A stretch of DNA of 64,000 nt from Accumulibacter sp. (GCF_023806625.1 NZ_JAMTDX010000099.1:3746-67745); one strand, 5' to 3'; positions 45,401 through 54,828 are shown, counted from the stretch's first letter. Notes: a model not told the origin generated them from the sequence alone. Numbers and translations: made by a program.

Positions 45401-45928
45401 GTGAGTCTCAGGCACATCGCCCCTCCCTCGCCGACCGTCATCGCCGGATCGACCCGCCAGGCAGTCGTCGCGCTGGCTCTGGCCGGTGCCTTCACGCCGA
45501 CACTCGGCGAAGGAATCGAACCCTCCTCGAAAGGACAGACGGTCTACGTGCCGATCTATTCGGAAATCCGGCACGGCAACATCGGCTCCTCGGGCAAGTC
45601 GGACAATACGCTGCTCTCGGTTCTGGTCAGCGTCCGGAACACCGATCCGAAAAACGAGATCCGTGTGGTCGCTGCACCCTACTATGGCACCGATGGTCGG
45701 CTGATCCGCAATTCGGTGACCCGGCCGACGAGCATCCCGCCGTTCGGGACCTTCGAACTGTTCATCGAGACGCGCGAGAACATCGGCGGTTCGGGTGCCA
45801 ACTACGCGATACGCTGGGAAGCCGACAGCGCGGTCTCGCCGCCACAGATCGAAGCCCTCCACTCCCGCTTCCAGGCGGGCTACTCGGTGGCCTTCATTTC
45901 TCGTGGCCGGGCGATCTCGGAGCCCTGA
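45401..45928 (+). CDS. DUF3124-like secreted protein
   Basis: GTG at 45401 preceded by AAAGGAG. Signal-like N-terminus, and blocks QTVYVPIYSEI and LSVRNTD remembered from DUF3124. Family call not verified. Confidence 0.5.
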   Translation: MSLRHIAPPSPTVIAGSTRQAVVALALAGAFTPTLGEGIEPSSKGQTVYVPIYSEIRHGNIGSSGKSDNTLLSVLVSVRNTDPKNEIRVVAAPYYGTDGRLIRNSVTRPTSIPPFGTFELFIETRENIGGSGANYAIRWEADSAVSPPQIEALHSRFQAGYSVAFISRGRAISEP

Positions 45929-45962
45929 GAACTTGCCAGGAAGCGGTCGCGAGCAGACCAGC

Positions 45963-46598
45963 GTGCCAGGAGCGCGCAAGACACACGCCGGGTTGGCCGC
46001 CCGCTCGCCTGCTTCGTCGGAGCCGGACCCGCGGGCTGCTCCGCTGCATCCCGAACCGGGAGCCACGGCCTCACCGGCCGCGACGGACCCGCCGTCGATC
46101 CGCCTGACGGCAACCCGTGACGACCTGCGGATCGCCCGACTGGCCGCCGCGGCGATCGCCCTATCGCTGATCGACGCGGCGATCCCGATGCCCCTGCCAG
46201 GGGTCAAACCTGGCCTGGCGAACATCGTCACGCTGGTCGTTCTCGCCCGACACGGCTGGACGGCCGCCGCCTGGGTCACCGGGCTGCGCATTTTCGCAGG
46301 TGGACTGGTGCTCGGGCACTTCCTGGCCCCGGGGTTCTTCCTGAGCCTGACTGGCGCCGTCTGCAGCCTGTTGGCGCTGGCCGTCGCCGCACGCCTGCCG
46401 ACGCGGTTCTTCGGGCCGGTGAGCTGGAGCATCGTCGCCGCTCTGGCGCACATCGCCGGGCAGTTGATACTCGCCCGATGGTGGTTGATTCCCCACGACG
46501 CGCTCTTTCTCCTCGTGCCGGTTTTCGCGGCGGCAGCCCTCGTTTTCGGTATCATCAACGGGCTGATCGCCGCGCGACTGCTCGGCATAGATTGTTGA
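45963..46598 (+). CDS. Gx transporter / heptaprenyl diphosphate synthase component I family membrane protein
   Basis: Conserved block IPMPLPGVKPGLANIVTLVVL and five TM helices. The start is uncertain: GTG at 45963 is the first in-frame start after the upstream stop. Confidence 0.65.
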   Translation: MPGARKTHAGLAARSPASSEPDPRAAPLHPEPGATASPAATDPPSIRLTATRDDLRIARLAAAAIALSLIDAAIPMPLPGVKPGLANIVTLVVLARHGWTAAAWVTGLRIFAGGLVLGHFLAPGFFLSLTGAVCSLLALAVAARLPTRFFGPVSWSIVAALAHIAGQLILARWWLIPHDALFLLVPVFAAAALVFGIINGLIAARLLGIDC

Positions 46599-46689
46599 AT
46601 CGACGGCGCGGCCGACCCTGCGGGGCTGCTCGCCGCGATTTCTTCGCCATCCTTCTCGGGCCTGCCAGCCCGGGCCAACGAAAGGATCC

Positions 46690-47310
46690 ATGGCTGAAAC
46701 CGTCTGCCTGGCGCTGACCGGCGCCTCGGGAATGCCGTACGGCTTGCGGCTGCTCGAATGCCTCCTCGACGCCGGCTGCCGCGTCGAACTGCTCTACTCA
46801 CAGGTTGCACAGGTCGTCGCCCGGCAGGAGATGGACCTCGACCTGCCCTCGCGGGCCAGCGACGCGCGTCGGCTGCTCGGCGAACGCCTTGGCAACCGGC
46901 CCGGAGTCCTCGCCGTCCACGGCCGCGAGGAGTGGTTCGCACCGCTAGCCAGCGGCTCGAGCCCCCCCGACGCGATGGTCGTCTGTCCCTGCTCGATGGG
47001 CACCCTCGCGGCGATTGCCCAGGGGTTGTCGCGGACGCTGATCGAGCGCGCCGCGGACGTCGTGCTCAAGGAGGGTCGCCGGCTGATCCTGGTCCCGCGG
47101 GAAACGCCGCTCTCGGCGATCCATCTCGAGAACATGCTCCGCCTGACCCGGGTCGGCGCGCTGATCCTGCCGCCGTGCCCGGGCTTCTACCACCGCCCGC
47201 AGCGTGTCGAGGAACTCGTCGACTTCGTCGTCGCCCGCATCCTCGACCAGTTGCGGCTTCCCCATTCGCTGGTCCCGCGCTGGGGCGATCGGCAGAGTGA
47301 CCGGCAATGA
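46690..47310 (+). CDS. ubiX: Flavin prenyltransferase UbiX
   Basis: Motifs LTGASGMPYGLRLLE, VCPCSMGTLAAIAQG, LILVPRETPLS. Confidence 0.93.
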   Translation: MAETVCLALTGASGMPYGLRLLECLLDAGCRVELLYSQVAQVVARQEMDLDLPSRASDARRLLGERLGNRPGVLAVHGREEWFAPLASGSSPPDAMVVCPCSMGTLAAIAQGLSRTLIERAADVVLKEGRRLILVPRETPLSAIHLENMLRLTRVGALILPPCPGFYHRPQRVEELVDFVVARILDQLRLPHSLVPRWGDRQSDRQ

Positions 47311-47897
47311 ACCGCATCCCGCTCTTTCCCCTGGGCACCGTGCTGTTTCCGGGTAGCCGCCTGTCGCTGAAAGTATTCGAGCAGCGTTACCTGGACATGG
47401 TCGCCGAACGACTGCGGGCCGATCAGCCTTTCGGCGTCTGCCTGATCCGCGACGGCAATGAAGTCGGCCCGCCTGCGGAGCCCCATCCGGTCGGCACGCT
47501 CGCTCACATCGTCGATGTCGATGTCCCCCAACTCGGCATCATGGTCGTCGCCGTGCGCGGCGGCCGCCGTTTCCGCATCGCCGAACGGACGGTCGGCCGC
47601 GGCGGGCTGCAGCACGGCGATCTGCGGATTCTCGACGAAACACAGGTGCAGCCCGTGCCTCCCGAAGAAGCAGGGCTGCGCTCACTGCTCCAGGCTCTGG
47701 CCGACGAAATGGCGCCCGAGCCACTCCCCGAGCCTCACGCCTTCGACGATGCAGCGTGGGTCGGCTATCGCCTGGCCGAACTTCTCCCGATGAGTGCCGA
47801 AAGCCGGCAGAAGCTTCTCGAAATCGACGATCCGCTCGTGCGTCTCCGGGCTCTGGCCGGCTGGCTCAGGGAGCACCTGTCGTTGATCCGCCAGTGA
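47307..47897 (+). CDS. Lon N-terminal (LON substrate-binding) domain protein
   Basis: ATG overlaps the ubiX stop (ATGA). IPLFPLGTVLFPGSRLSLKVFEQRY is the canonical start of the Lon-N domain. Confidence 0.85.
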   Translation: MNRIPLFPLGTVLFPGSRLSLKVFEQRYLDMVAERLRADQPFGVCLIRDGNEVGPPAEPHPVGTLAHIVDVDVPQLGIMVVAVRGGRRFRIAERTVGRGGLQHGDLRILDETQVQPVPPEEAGLRSLLQALADEMAPEPLPEPHAFDDAAWVGYRLAELLPMSAESRQKLLEIDDPLVRLRALAGWLREHLSLIRQ

Positions 47898-47992
47898 GCC
47901 GTCCGGCGGCCGAGCGGGAAGCGTCTCAGGCCTGTCCCAATCGGCTTGTGGCATACTTGGCCGAAGGAAATCGTCCGCGTCCCGATGCACCC

Positions 47993-48271
47993 ATGCCCGT
48001 TTGCCAGATCGTGCTCACCGAACATCAGGCGCGCTTCGTCGAGCGACTCGTCGCTTCGGGTCGCTACCACAATGCCGACGAGGTTCTGCGCGAAGGTCTG
48101 CGGCTCGTCGAGCGCCGAGAGCAGGAAGACGAAGCAAGACTCGCCGCCTTGCGCCTGGCGATCGGAATCGGCATCGCCGACATCGACGCTGGCTTCCTGC
48201 ATGCCTTCGACTCTGCGCCGGAACTTGCTCAGCATCTGGCTACGGTCGCCTCCGGAGTGCTCGGCGAATAG
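47993..48271 (+). CDS. parD: Type II antitoxin, ParD family (ribbon-helix-helix)
   Basis: 92 aa. Motif LTEHQARFVERLVASGRYHNADEVLREGLRLVERRE is typical of ParD/CopG-like antitoxins. Confidence 0.85.
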   Translation: MPVCQIVLTEHQARFVERLVASGRYHNADEVLREGLRLVERREQEDEARLAALRLAIGIGIADIDAGFLHAFDSAPELAQHLATVASGVLGE

Positions 48272-48621
48272 TGGGTGGCACGCCGTGGACGCTTCGCCTG
48301 TCGGCTGCCGCCGAGAACGATTATCGACTGATCCTGCGGTGGACTGCGAGACACTCGGGCGAGCCGCTCGCGCGCTCGGCCGCGAAAACCCTCGCTGACG
48401 TCCTCGAGCAGCTGTGTGCCGATCCCCTGGTTCCTGCCTCGATGGAGCGCAGCGAGATCGGCCGTGCAATCCGGACGATCGAGCACGCTGGACAACCGGG
48501 CAAGGTGCGGCACCTCGTCGTTTTTCGCACGACGACGATCAGGGGCCAGCGATTCGTCGACGTGCTGCGCCTGCTGCACGCCAGCGTCGACTGCCGACAC
48601 CCGTCCGGAATACGACAATGA
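48271..48621 (+). CDS. parE: Type II toxin, RelE/ParE family
   Basis: GTG at 48271 overlaps the last base of the parD stop (TAGTG). 116 aa. WTLRLSAAAENDYRLILRWT resembles the ParE N-terminus. Confidence 0.75.
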   Translation: MGGTPWTLRLSAAAENDYRLILRWTARHSGEPLARSAAKTLADVLEQLCADPLVPASMERSEIGRAIRTIEHAGQPGKVRHLVVFRTTTIRGQRFVDVLRLLHASVDCRHPSGIRQ

Positions 48622-48658
48622 TCGAGGACTCGCCAGGCTGCCCGGAGAATGATCCCGC

Positions 48659-49897
48659 GTGCCCGCTGTGCCCCTCCTGCATATGTCTGCTGCGCGCTCC
48701 CCGGCCGTCCTGGTACTGATCTTCTGCTGCGCCGAAGCCCTGTCGATGGCTGGCTTCGCGCTCGTTCCCTCGCTGCTCCCGCAGTTTGCCGAGCAATGGG
48801 CGCTTTCGGCAACCGAAGCCGGCTGGCTCGGCGGGATCTTCTTTCTCGGCTACCTGCTCGCCGTACCCCTGCTGGTCGGCCTGACCGACCGGGTCGACGC
48901 GAGATCGATCCACCTCGCCAGTGCCGCGCTGACCGGCCTGGCGTTGGCCGGCTTCGCCGCCGGTGCCCACGGCTATGCCCTGGCGCTGGCCTGGTGGTGG
49001 CTGGCCGGTCTGGGCCTGGCCGGCACCTACATGCCCGGGCTGAAAGCACTGACCGACCGGCTGCCGATAGCCCGGCAATCACGCGGAACGGCCTTCTACA
49101 CGGCGACCTTCGGGGTCGGTGCGGGAGCGTCGTATCTGTGGATCGAACTGGCCAGGGCGCTCCTGCCCTGGCGCTGGCTGTTCGCCGCGGCGGCTGTCTG
49201 CGCCGCTCTGTCGGTCGCCCTGATCTGGCTCGGAGTCGCGCCCCTCGGGTCTCCGGGCAAGAACGGGGTGCCGCGCGGCCGCTGGCGAAGCGTGCTCGGA
49301 GACCGCCGGACCCTCGCCTACTGCGGCGGCTATTTCGGTCACAACTGGGAACTCTTCGGCTTTCGGGCATGGCTCGTCGCCTATGTCAGCTGGACGCACG
49401 CGAGATCCCCCGATGCCTTGACGGCGCTGCCGGGGCTGATCGCCGCGGCGGCGACCTTCCTGGCCGTCCCGGCGAGTATCCTCGGCAACGAGGGCGCGCA
49501 GCGCTGGGGACGTCGTCGCTGGTTGTGCAGCGTGATGCCCCTGTCGGCGGCGCTGGCGCTGGCCGTCGGCTTGTCGGCAGACCTCTCGCGCGCGCTGCTC
49601 GTGCCACTGCTCCTCGTTTACGCAGCAAGCATGAATCTCGACTCGGCTGCACTGACCGCCGGTCTGCTGACCGAAACGCCACACGAAAAGCGCGGCACGG
49701 CGCTCGCCCTATACTCTTCGGTCGGCTTCATCGGCGCGCTGATCGGACCGGTGGCCTTCGGCCTGGCGCTCGACCTCTTCGGCCGGAGCCTCACGGCCGG
49801 GTGGGCGGCCGGCTTCGTCTCTCTGGCCTGTGGCGTGAGCTTCGGACGGTGGGCGATCGGCCGCAGCGACCGGCGACCTGCGCTGGGCCGCGTCTGA
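48659..49897 (+). CDS. MFS transporter
   Basis: 12 predicted TM helices and the MFS loop motif GLTDRVDARS. GTG at 48659; an alternative ATG is at 48683. Confidence 0.85.
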   Translation: MPAVPLLHMSAARSPAVLVLIFCCAEALSMAGFALVPSLLPQFAEQWALSATEAGWLGGIFFLGYLLAVPLLVGLTDRVDARSIHLASAALTGLALAGFAAGAHGYALALAWWWLAGLGLAGTYMPGLKALTDRLPIARQSRGTAFYTATFGVGAGASYLWIELARALLPWRWLFAAAAVCAALSVALIWLGVAPLGSPGKNGVPRGRWRSVLGDRRTLAYCGGYFGHNWELFGFRAWLVAYVSWTHARSPDALTALPGLIAAAATFLAVPASILGNEGAQRWGRRRWLCSVMPLSAALALAVGLSADLSRALLVPLLLVYAASMNLDSAALTAGLLTETPHEKRGTALALYSSVGFIGALIGPVAFGLALDLFGRSLTAGWAAGFVSLACGVSFGRWAIGRSDRRPALGRV

Positions 49898-50100
49898 CTC
49901 GTCGCCGGGCAAGGCGAAGTGCGCGGCCGACGATGCTCGATCGTCGCTGCGTGGCCCTCGCCGAGGGCATCGGGAGCGCGCGCAGGCGGCGCTCGGGCAG
50001 CCCTCCGCACCCTGGCCAAAGATTCTCCCGTCCGGACCATCCGCCATCAGCGGAATGGCCGCGGTGGCCGTGACCCGCGAATCGTGCAGCCCTGCCGGCG

Positions 50101-51288
50101 TCAGCCCGGTGAAGCAGTCGACCGGCAGTCGGGAAACAGCGACGCGAGGAGTCTTCCGAGCGGTGCCGGCAGCGCCGCTCCGTCGATTTCTGCCAGGTCG
50201 ACCCACTCGCCGCCGGTCTCCCGGACCGATGACCCGAGCCGTTCGACTGCACAGAGCACGACCTCGAGGCACAGGCGAAAGTGGCTGAGGTCGTGCTTGA
50301 TCGGCGCCAGCGTCCGGGATTCGAGGAGACGGCAACCCTGGCGCGCGACGAAGCTGTCTTCGGATTCGCCGGCGACCGCCTCGGGCAGGCTCAGCAGGCC
50401 GCCCCAGACCCCGCTCGGCTGACGTCGCTCGAGCAGCACAGCCCGGCCATCGGTGAGCAGCAACAGGCGCGACGTGCGCAGCGGCCGCGATCGCTTCAGC
50501 GCAGGCGTCGGCAACTCCTCCTGCCGGCCCTCGCGGGCCGCGACGCACTGGTCACTCAGCGGACAGACGCCACAACGTGGTCTGCGGCGGGTACAGATCG
50601 TCGCCCCGAGGTCCATCATGCCCTGCGTGTAGGCTGCGACGTCGTCGACGGGCAAGAGCGCTTCGGCGAGCGCCCAGAGCTCCCGCGTACCCGGCCCCCG
50701 AGAAGTCCCCGTTCCCTCACGGGCAAAGCAGCGCACCAGCACGCGCCGCACGTTCCCGTCGAGGATCGCCGCCCGGCGGCCAAAGGCGAAGATGCTGATC
50801 GCTGCCGCGGTCGAGCGGCCGATTCCGGGGAGGGCCGCGCTGTCCAGTGGATCAGCCGGGAACTTTCCTTCCCGGTGAACGAGCAGCAGTTGCGCACAGC
50901 GGTGCAGGTTGCGTGCCCGGGCGTAGTAGCCGAGTCCTGCCCACGCTTCGAGAACTCCCTCCAGTGGCGCCGCAGCGAGCGTCTCGAGATCCGGAAAACG
51001 TTCGATGAAGCGCAGGAAATAAGGAATCACCGTCCGCACCTGCGTCTGCTGGAGCATGATCTCGGACAGCCAGACGCGGTAGGCGTCGCCGACTCCCTGC
51101 CAGGGCAGGTCGTGACGGCCATGGGCCTTTTGCCAGACGATCACCCGCTTCGAGAACTCGTCGCCGACCTGCGGGCTGACGGTCTCGACAGGTGCTGACC
51201 GGACAGCGATAATCGTTCGCTCGACGGTCTCCTGGACGCCGTCCCCGGCGCCACCCTTCAGCAAGCCAGAACGGAAGCGACGGGGCAT
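50101..51288 (-). CDS. mutY: A/G-specific adenine DNA glycosylase MutY
   Basis: Motifs LPWQ..DAYRVWLSEIMLQQTQV, HhH-GPD (LPGIGRSTAAAI), a 4Fe-4S Cys cluster (C..RRPRCGVCPLSDQC) and a NUDIX-like C-terminal domain. ATG at 51288; the ORF track begins at a TTG at 51297. Confidence 0.92.
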   Translation of the reverse strand: MPRRFRSGLLKGGAGDGVQETVERTIIAVRSAPVETVSPQVGDEFSKRVIVWQKAHGRHDLPWQGVGDAYRVWLSEIMLQQTQVRTVIPYFLRFIERFPDLETLAAAPLEGVLEAWAGLGYYARARNLHRCAQLLLVHREGKFPADPLDSAALPGIGRSTAAAISIFAFGRRAAILDGNVRRVLVRCFAREGTGTSRGPGTRELWALAEALLPVDDVAAYTQGMMDLGATICTRRRPRCGVCPLSDQCVAAREGRQEELPTPALKRSRPLRTSRLLLLTDGRAVLLERRQPSGVWGGLLSLPEAVAGESEDSFVARQGCRLLESRTLAPIKHDLSHFRLCLEVVLCAVERLGSSVRETGGEWVDLAEIDGAALPAPLGRLLASLFPDCRSTASPG

Positions 51289-51409
51289 CGCGAACAAGGC
51301 GGCGCGAGGTCTTTGCCGGATACCGAAGCTTCACCGACCATCGTTCCACTCGCCGATCATTGCTGACGATGAATTCTACCAGCGGCGCAGCGCACTTCAG
51401 GAGTCGCTG

Positions 51410-51991
51410 ATGCGCCCTCCTCTCGATGCACCCGACGCTGTCGAAGCGGACGCTCTGGCCGCTCGCGAGGCGGCTCCCGACCGTGCTGCGCAGCGCCTGA
51501 TCGAGACACTCCCCGGTCGCGACTTCCGCGATGCCCTCGGCAGCTTTGCCACCGGGGTCACCGTGGTCACCACCAGCACGGCAAGCCGGGAACTGATCGG
51601 CGTGACGATCAGCTCGTTCAACTCGGTTTCCCTGGACCCCAGACTGATTCTCTGGAGCCTGTCCCTGGCCTCGCCACGCTTCGCGGCCTTCCGCCAGGCC
51701 AGCCATTATGCGGTGAATGTCCTGGCCCTCGACCAGGCCTGGATCTCCGACTGTTTCGCGAGCCGCGACCACGAGCTTTTTCACGAGGTCCGCATCAGCA
51801 GAGGACGCAGCGGACTGCCGCTGATCGACGGCTGCGCAGCGTGGTTCGAATGCCGCAACGCGGCTCATTACCCCGGAGGCGATCACCTGATCTTCGTCGG
51901 GGAGGTCGAGCGCTTTGCCCGCGGGGCGACCAGCGAGCCGCTCGTCTTCCACGGAGGGCGTTATCGCGAACTGCGCGCCGATAACCGCTGA
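51410..51991 (+). CDS. Flavin reductase family protein
   Basis: Motifs FRDALGSFATGVTVVTT, NSVSLDPRLILWSL, GDHLIFVGEV. Confidence 0.88.
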   Translation: MRPPLDAPDAVEADALAAREAAPDRAAQRLIETLPGRDFRDALGSFATGVTVVTTSTASRELIGVTISSFNSVSLDPRLILWSLSLASPRFAAFRQASHYAVNVLALDQAWISDCFASRDHELFHEVRISRGRSGLPLIDGCAAWFECRNAAHYPGGDHLIFVGEVERFARGATSEPLVFHGGRYRELRADNR

Positions 51992-52155
51992 GCGGTTCGC
52001 CGAACGCGCCACCGGCCAGCGCCGGGCCCATCCCGACGGATACTCCGCCTCGTCCCGGAGCGTTTGTCACAGGCTTTCCGATCGGTTATCCGGAAAACCA
52101 CCATAATCCCTGTTTACTCCCCGATCGGCGATCCGGGCAGCGGCTCGGCGGCATC

Positions 52156-52183
52156 TTGCAATTATCAGTTTTTGGTGTATAAA
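52156..52183 (+). promoter_or_regulatory. Sigma-70-type promoter of the H-NS-like gene
   Basis: TTGCAA (52156-52161), a 16-nt spacer, then TATAAA (52178-52183). It lies in a locally AT-rich stretch about 25 nt upstream of the AAGGAGA SD and ATG 52208. Confidence 0.5.
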
Positions 52184-52207
52184 GCGGCTTTCTTCAAGGA
52201 GAAGCGT

Positions 52208-52513
52208 ATGGCCACCTACAAGGAGCTGCTTGCCCAGCGGGCAATGCTCGAAAAAGAAATAGAAGAGGCACGCAAGGCTGAACTGGCCGAGGCCATCGCC
52301 CAGGCAAAGCGGCTGATCGCCGAACACGGACTGACTGCGGCAGACCTCGGCTTCCGGACTGGCGGCTTGCTTCCGGCAACCAAGGCGCGCACGGCTGTGG
52401 CGATCAAGTATCGAGGGCCGAATGGTGAGAGCTGGTCGGGTCGCGGCAAGGCGCCGAACTGGCTGACCAGTCTCGAGGCGTCCGGGCGGACACGCGACGA
52501 ATTCCTCGTCTAG
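52208..52513 (+). CDS. H-NS family nucleoid-associated protein
   Basis: 101 aa. N-terminal coiled coil and the C-terminal DNA-binding motif YRGPNGESWSGRGKAPNWL. Confidence 0.88.
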   Translation: MATYKELLAQRAMLEKEIEEARKAELAEAIAQAKRLIAEHGLTAADLGFRTGGLLPATKARTAVAIKYRGPNGESWSGRGKAPNWLTSLEASGRTRDEFLV

Positions 52514-52569
52514 CTGCCTGGCCGAGCCTTGTCGCGCGCGGCCAGGCCCCGGACAAGCCCTGTCGATTA

Positions 52570-52612
52570 GCGGCGCTTCAGGTCCGGCGCATGTCGTGAC
52601 CTGAAGCGCCGC
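52570..52612. repeat. Perfect 15-bp inverted repeat (hairpin) between the H-NS-like gene and galE
   Basis: GCGGCGCTTCAGGTC, a 13-nt loop, then GACCTGAAGCGCCGC. No T tract on either strand. Confidence 0.85.
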
Positions 52613-52632
52613 AGTGAAGGCTCATTCAGCCC

Positions 52633-53634
52633 ATGAACATCCTGGTAACCGGCGGCACGGGTTACATCGGTTCGCATGCCTGCGTCGCACTGCTCGCTTC
52701 GGGCCACGAGGTAACCATCGTCGACGACCTCTCGAACAGCCGCATCGAAGTACTCGAGCGCATCGAGCGGATTGCCGGAAAAGCCCCGAGCTTCTGCCAG
52801 GGTGATGTTCGCGATCGTTCGCTGCTGCGCAGCGTGTTCGCCGCGGCGGCGATCGACGCGGTAATCCACTTCGCTGGCCTCAAGGCTGTCGGCGAGTCGG
52901 TGGAACAGCCGTTGCGCTATTATGACTGCAACGTCGGCGGAGCGATCGCGCTGTGCACGGTGATGGCCGAAGCCCGCGTCAGGACGCTGATATTCAGTTC
53001 ATCGGCAACGGTTTATGGCAATCCGGCGAGCGTGCCGATCGGCGAGGATTTTCCACGTTCGGCGACCAGCCCTTATGGGGCGAGCAAGCTGATGATCGAG
53101 GAGATGCTCGCCGACCTCGCCGCGGCCGACCGTGACTGGCGAATCGCCCGCCTCCGCTACTTCAACCCGGTCGGCGCGCACGACAGCGGTTTGATCGGCG
53201 AGGAACCCAACGGAATTCCGAACAACCTCATGCCCTACATTGCCCAGGTAGCCGAAGGCAGACGCCCGCACCTCAACGTTTACGGAGACGATTATCCGAC
53301 TGCCGATGGCACAGGTGTCCGTGATTACATCCACGTCATGGACCTCGTCGAAGGCCACCTCGCGGCACTCGATTACCTGCTCGACCGGGGGGGGCTGCTG
53401 AGCGTAAACCTCGGAACCGGTCGCGGCTATTCGGTGCTCGAGATGGTTCGTGCCTTCGCTGCGGCCAGTGGCCGGCCGATACCCTGTGTCATTGCCCCGC
53501 GACGGCCAGGCGACGTCGCGGAATGTTACGCCGACCCCCGACTGGCTTCCGCTCTGCTCGGCTGGCGGGCACACCGCGGCATCGACGAAATGTGCAGCGA
53601 CACCTGGCGCTGGCAGCAACGGTCGGCCGGCTGA
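52633..53634 (+). CDS. galE: UDP-glucose 4-epimerase
   Basis: Motifs MNILVTGGTGYIGSH, SSSATVYG, YGASK, RYFNPVGAH. Confidence 0.95.
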   Translation: MNILVTGGTGYIGSHACVALLASGHEVTIVDDLSNSRIEVLERIERIAGKAPSFCQGDVRDRSLLRSVFAAAAIDAVIHFAGLKAVGESVEQPLRYYDCNVGGAIALCTVMAEARVRTLIFSSSATVYGNPASVPIGEDFPRSATSPYGASKLMIEEMLADLAAADRDWRIARLRYFNPVGAHDSGLIGEEPNGIPNNLMPYIAQVAEGRRPHLNVYGDDYPTADGTGVRDYIHVMDLVEGHLAALDYLLDRGGLLSVNLGTGRGYSVLEMVRAFAAASGRPIPCVIAPRRPGDVAECYADPRLASALLGWRAHRGIDEMCSDTWRWQQRSAG

Positions 53635-53880
53635 CAGGTCGTACAGACATCGTCACGAGCAGGCCGATAGGCCAGGCGCGATGGAAGGGGCGGTCCCTTG
53701 CTTTCCCTCCGGGAGCGAACGACGAGACCTGTCAAACGGATGGGCCAGGGCGAAGGCGGGGTTTCGGGCAGCATGCTGCGCGCCACTGCAGCTGGCCAGC
53801 AGGGAAAAGCCGACCGTCGGGCGAGCGACTGAGCAAAGCCGCAGATTGGCCGCGCAGTAGATTCCTTCACAACCTCTGAG
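53631..53880 (+). repeat. MITE-like intergenic repeat, copy B (about 250 bp)
   Basis: Inverted relative to copy A. The left terminus CTGACAGGTCGT contains the galE stop codon, and the right terminus ends 11 nt before the apaH ATG. By eye, about 15 of 24 terminal positions are inverted-repeat matches. Confidence 0.7.
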
Positions 53881-53891
53881 CTCGGGAGGCC

Positions 53892-54710
53892 ATGGCCACT
53901 TACGCGATCGGCGACATCCAGGGCTGCTTCGACTCGTTTCAGCATCTGCTCGAGAAGATTCATTTCGACCCCTCAGGCGACCGGCTGTGGCTGGTCGGCG
54001 ATCTGGTCAACCGCGGGCCACGCTCACTCGAAACGCTGCGCTTCGTCCGCGGGCTGGGCGAGGCGGCGGTGACCGTTCTCGGCAACCACGACCTCTACCT
54101 GCTGATGGCCGCGGCTGGCTTCGGGCGGCGCAACAAGGGCGACACGCTCGACGAGATCCTTGCTGCGCCCGACCGTGACGAGCTGCTCGACTGGCTGCGC
54201 AGACAGCGTCTCTGCCACCGCGAAGCGGGGTTCTGCATGGTCCACGCCGGCCTGCTGCCGCAATGGACGACGGCCCGGGCTCGCGAGCTTGCTGCCGAAG
54301 CCGAGACGCTGCTCAGCGGCCCCGCCTACCGTGACTTTCTGGCCAACATGTGGGGCAGCGAACCGGTCGCCTGGAGCGATGACCTCGAAGGCTGGCCGCG
54401 CCTGCGCGTGATCGTCAACGCGATGACGCGGATGCGCTTCTGCTCGCTCGACGGAGCAATGGAGTTCCGGACCAAGGGAGAGGTGTCGAGCGCCCCGCCC
54501 GACCACCTGCCGTGGTTCCAGATTCCCGGAAGACGGAGCGCCAGCGAGGTGCTGGTCATCGGCCACTGGTCGGCGCTCGGCCTGCACATCGACGACAATC
54601 TGCTCGCGCTCGACTCGGGCTGTTTCTGGGGCCGACACCTGACGGCGATCCGGCTCGAAGACCGCGTACTGTTCCAGGTCGATTGCTCGACGGGCGAAGC
54701 CGCCGCGTGA
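53892..54710 (+). CDS. apaH: Bis(5'-nucleosyl)-tetraphosphatase, symmetrical (ApaH)
   Basis: Motifs [27 protein letters not shown]. Confidence 0.93.
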   Translation: MATYAIGDIQGCFDSFQHLLEKIHFDPSGDRLWLVGDLVNRGPRSLETLRFVRGLGEAAVTVLGNHDLYLLMAAAGFGRRNKGDTLDEILAAPDRDELLDWLRRQRLCHREAGFCMVHAGLLPQWTTARARELAAEAETLLSGPAYRDFLANMWGSEPVAWSDDLEGWPRLRVIVNAMTRMRFCSLDGAMEFRTKGEVSSAPPDHLPWFQIPGRRSASEVLVIGHWSALGLHIDDNLLALDSGCFWGRHLTAIRLEDRVLFQVDCSTGEAAA

Positions 54711-54828
54711 CCGCGCCCTTGTGCCGGGCCGACGGCGAGGCTGCCGGTTCACAGGCCACTCTGGCGGCAGCCACTTGGCGACCGGCGGCTGCTAGAATGC
54801 TGGGGGGATGGCGGATGGGGAGGATGGC

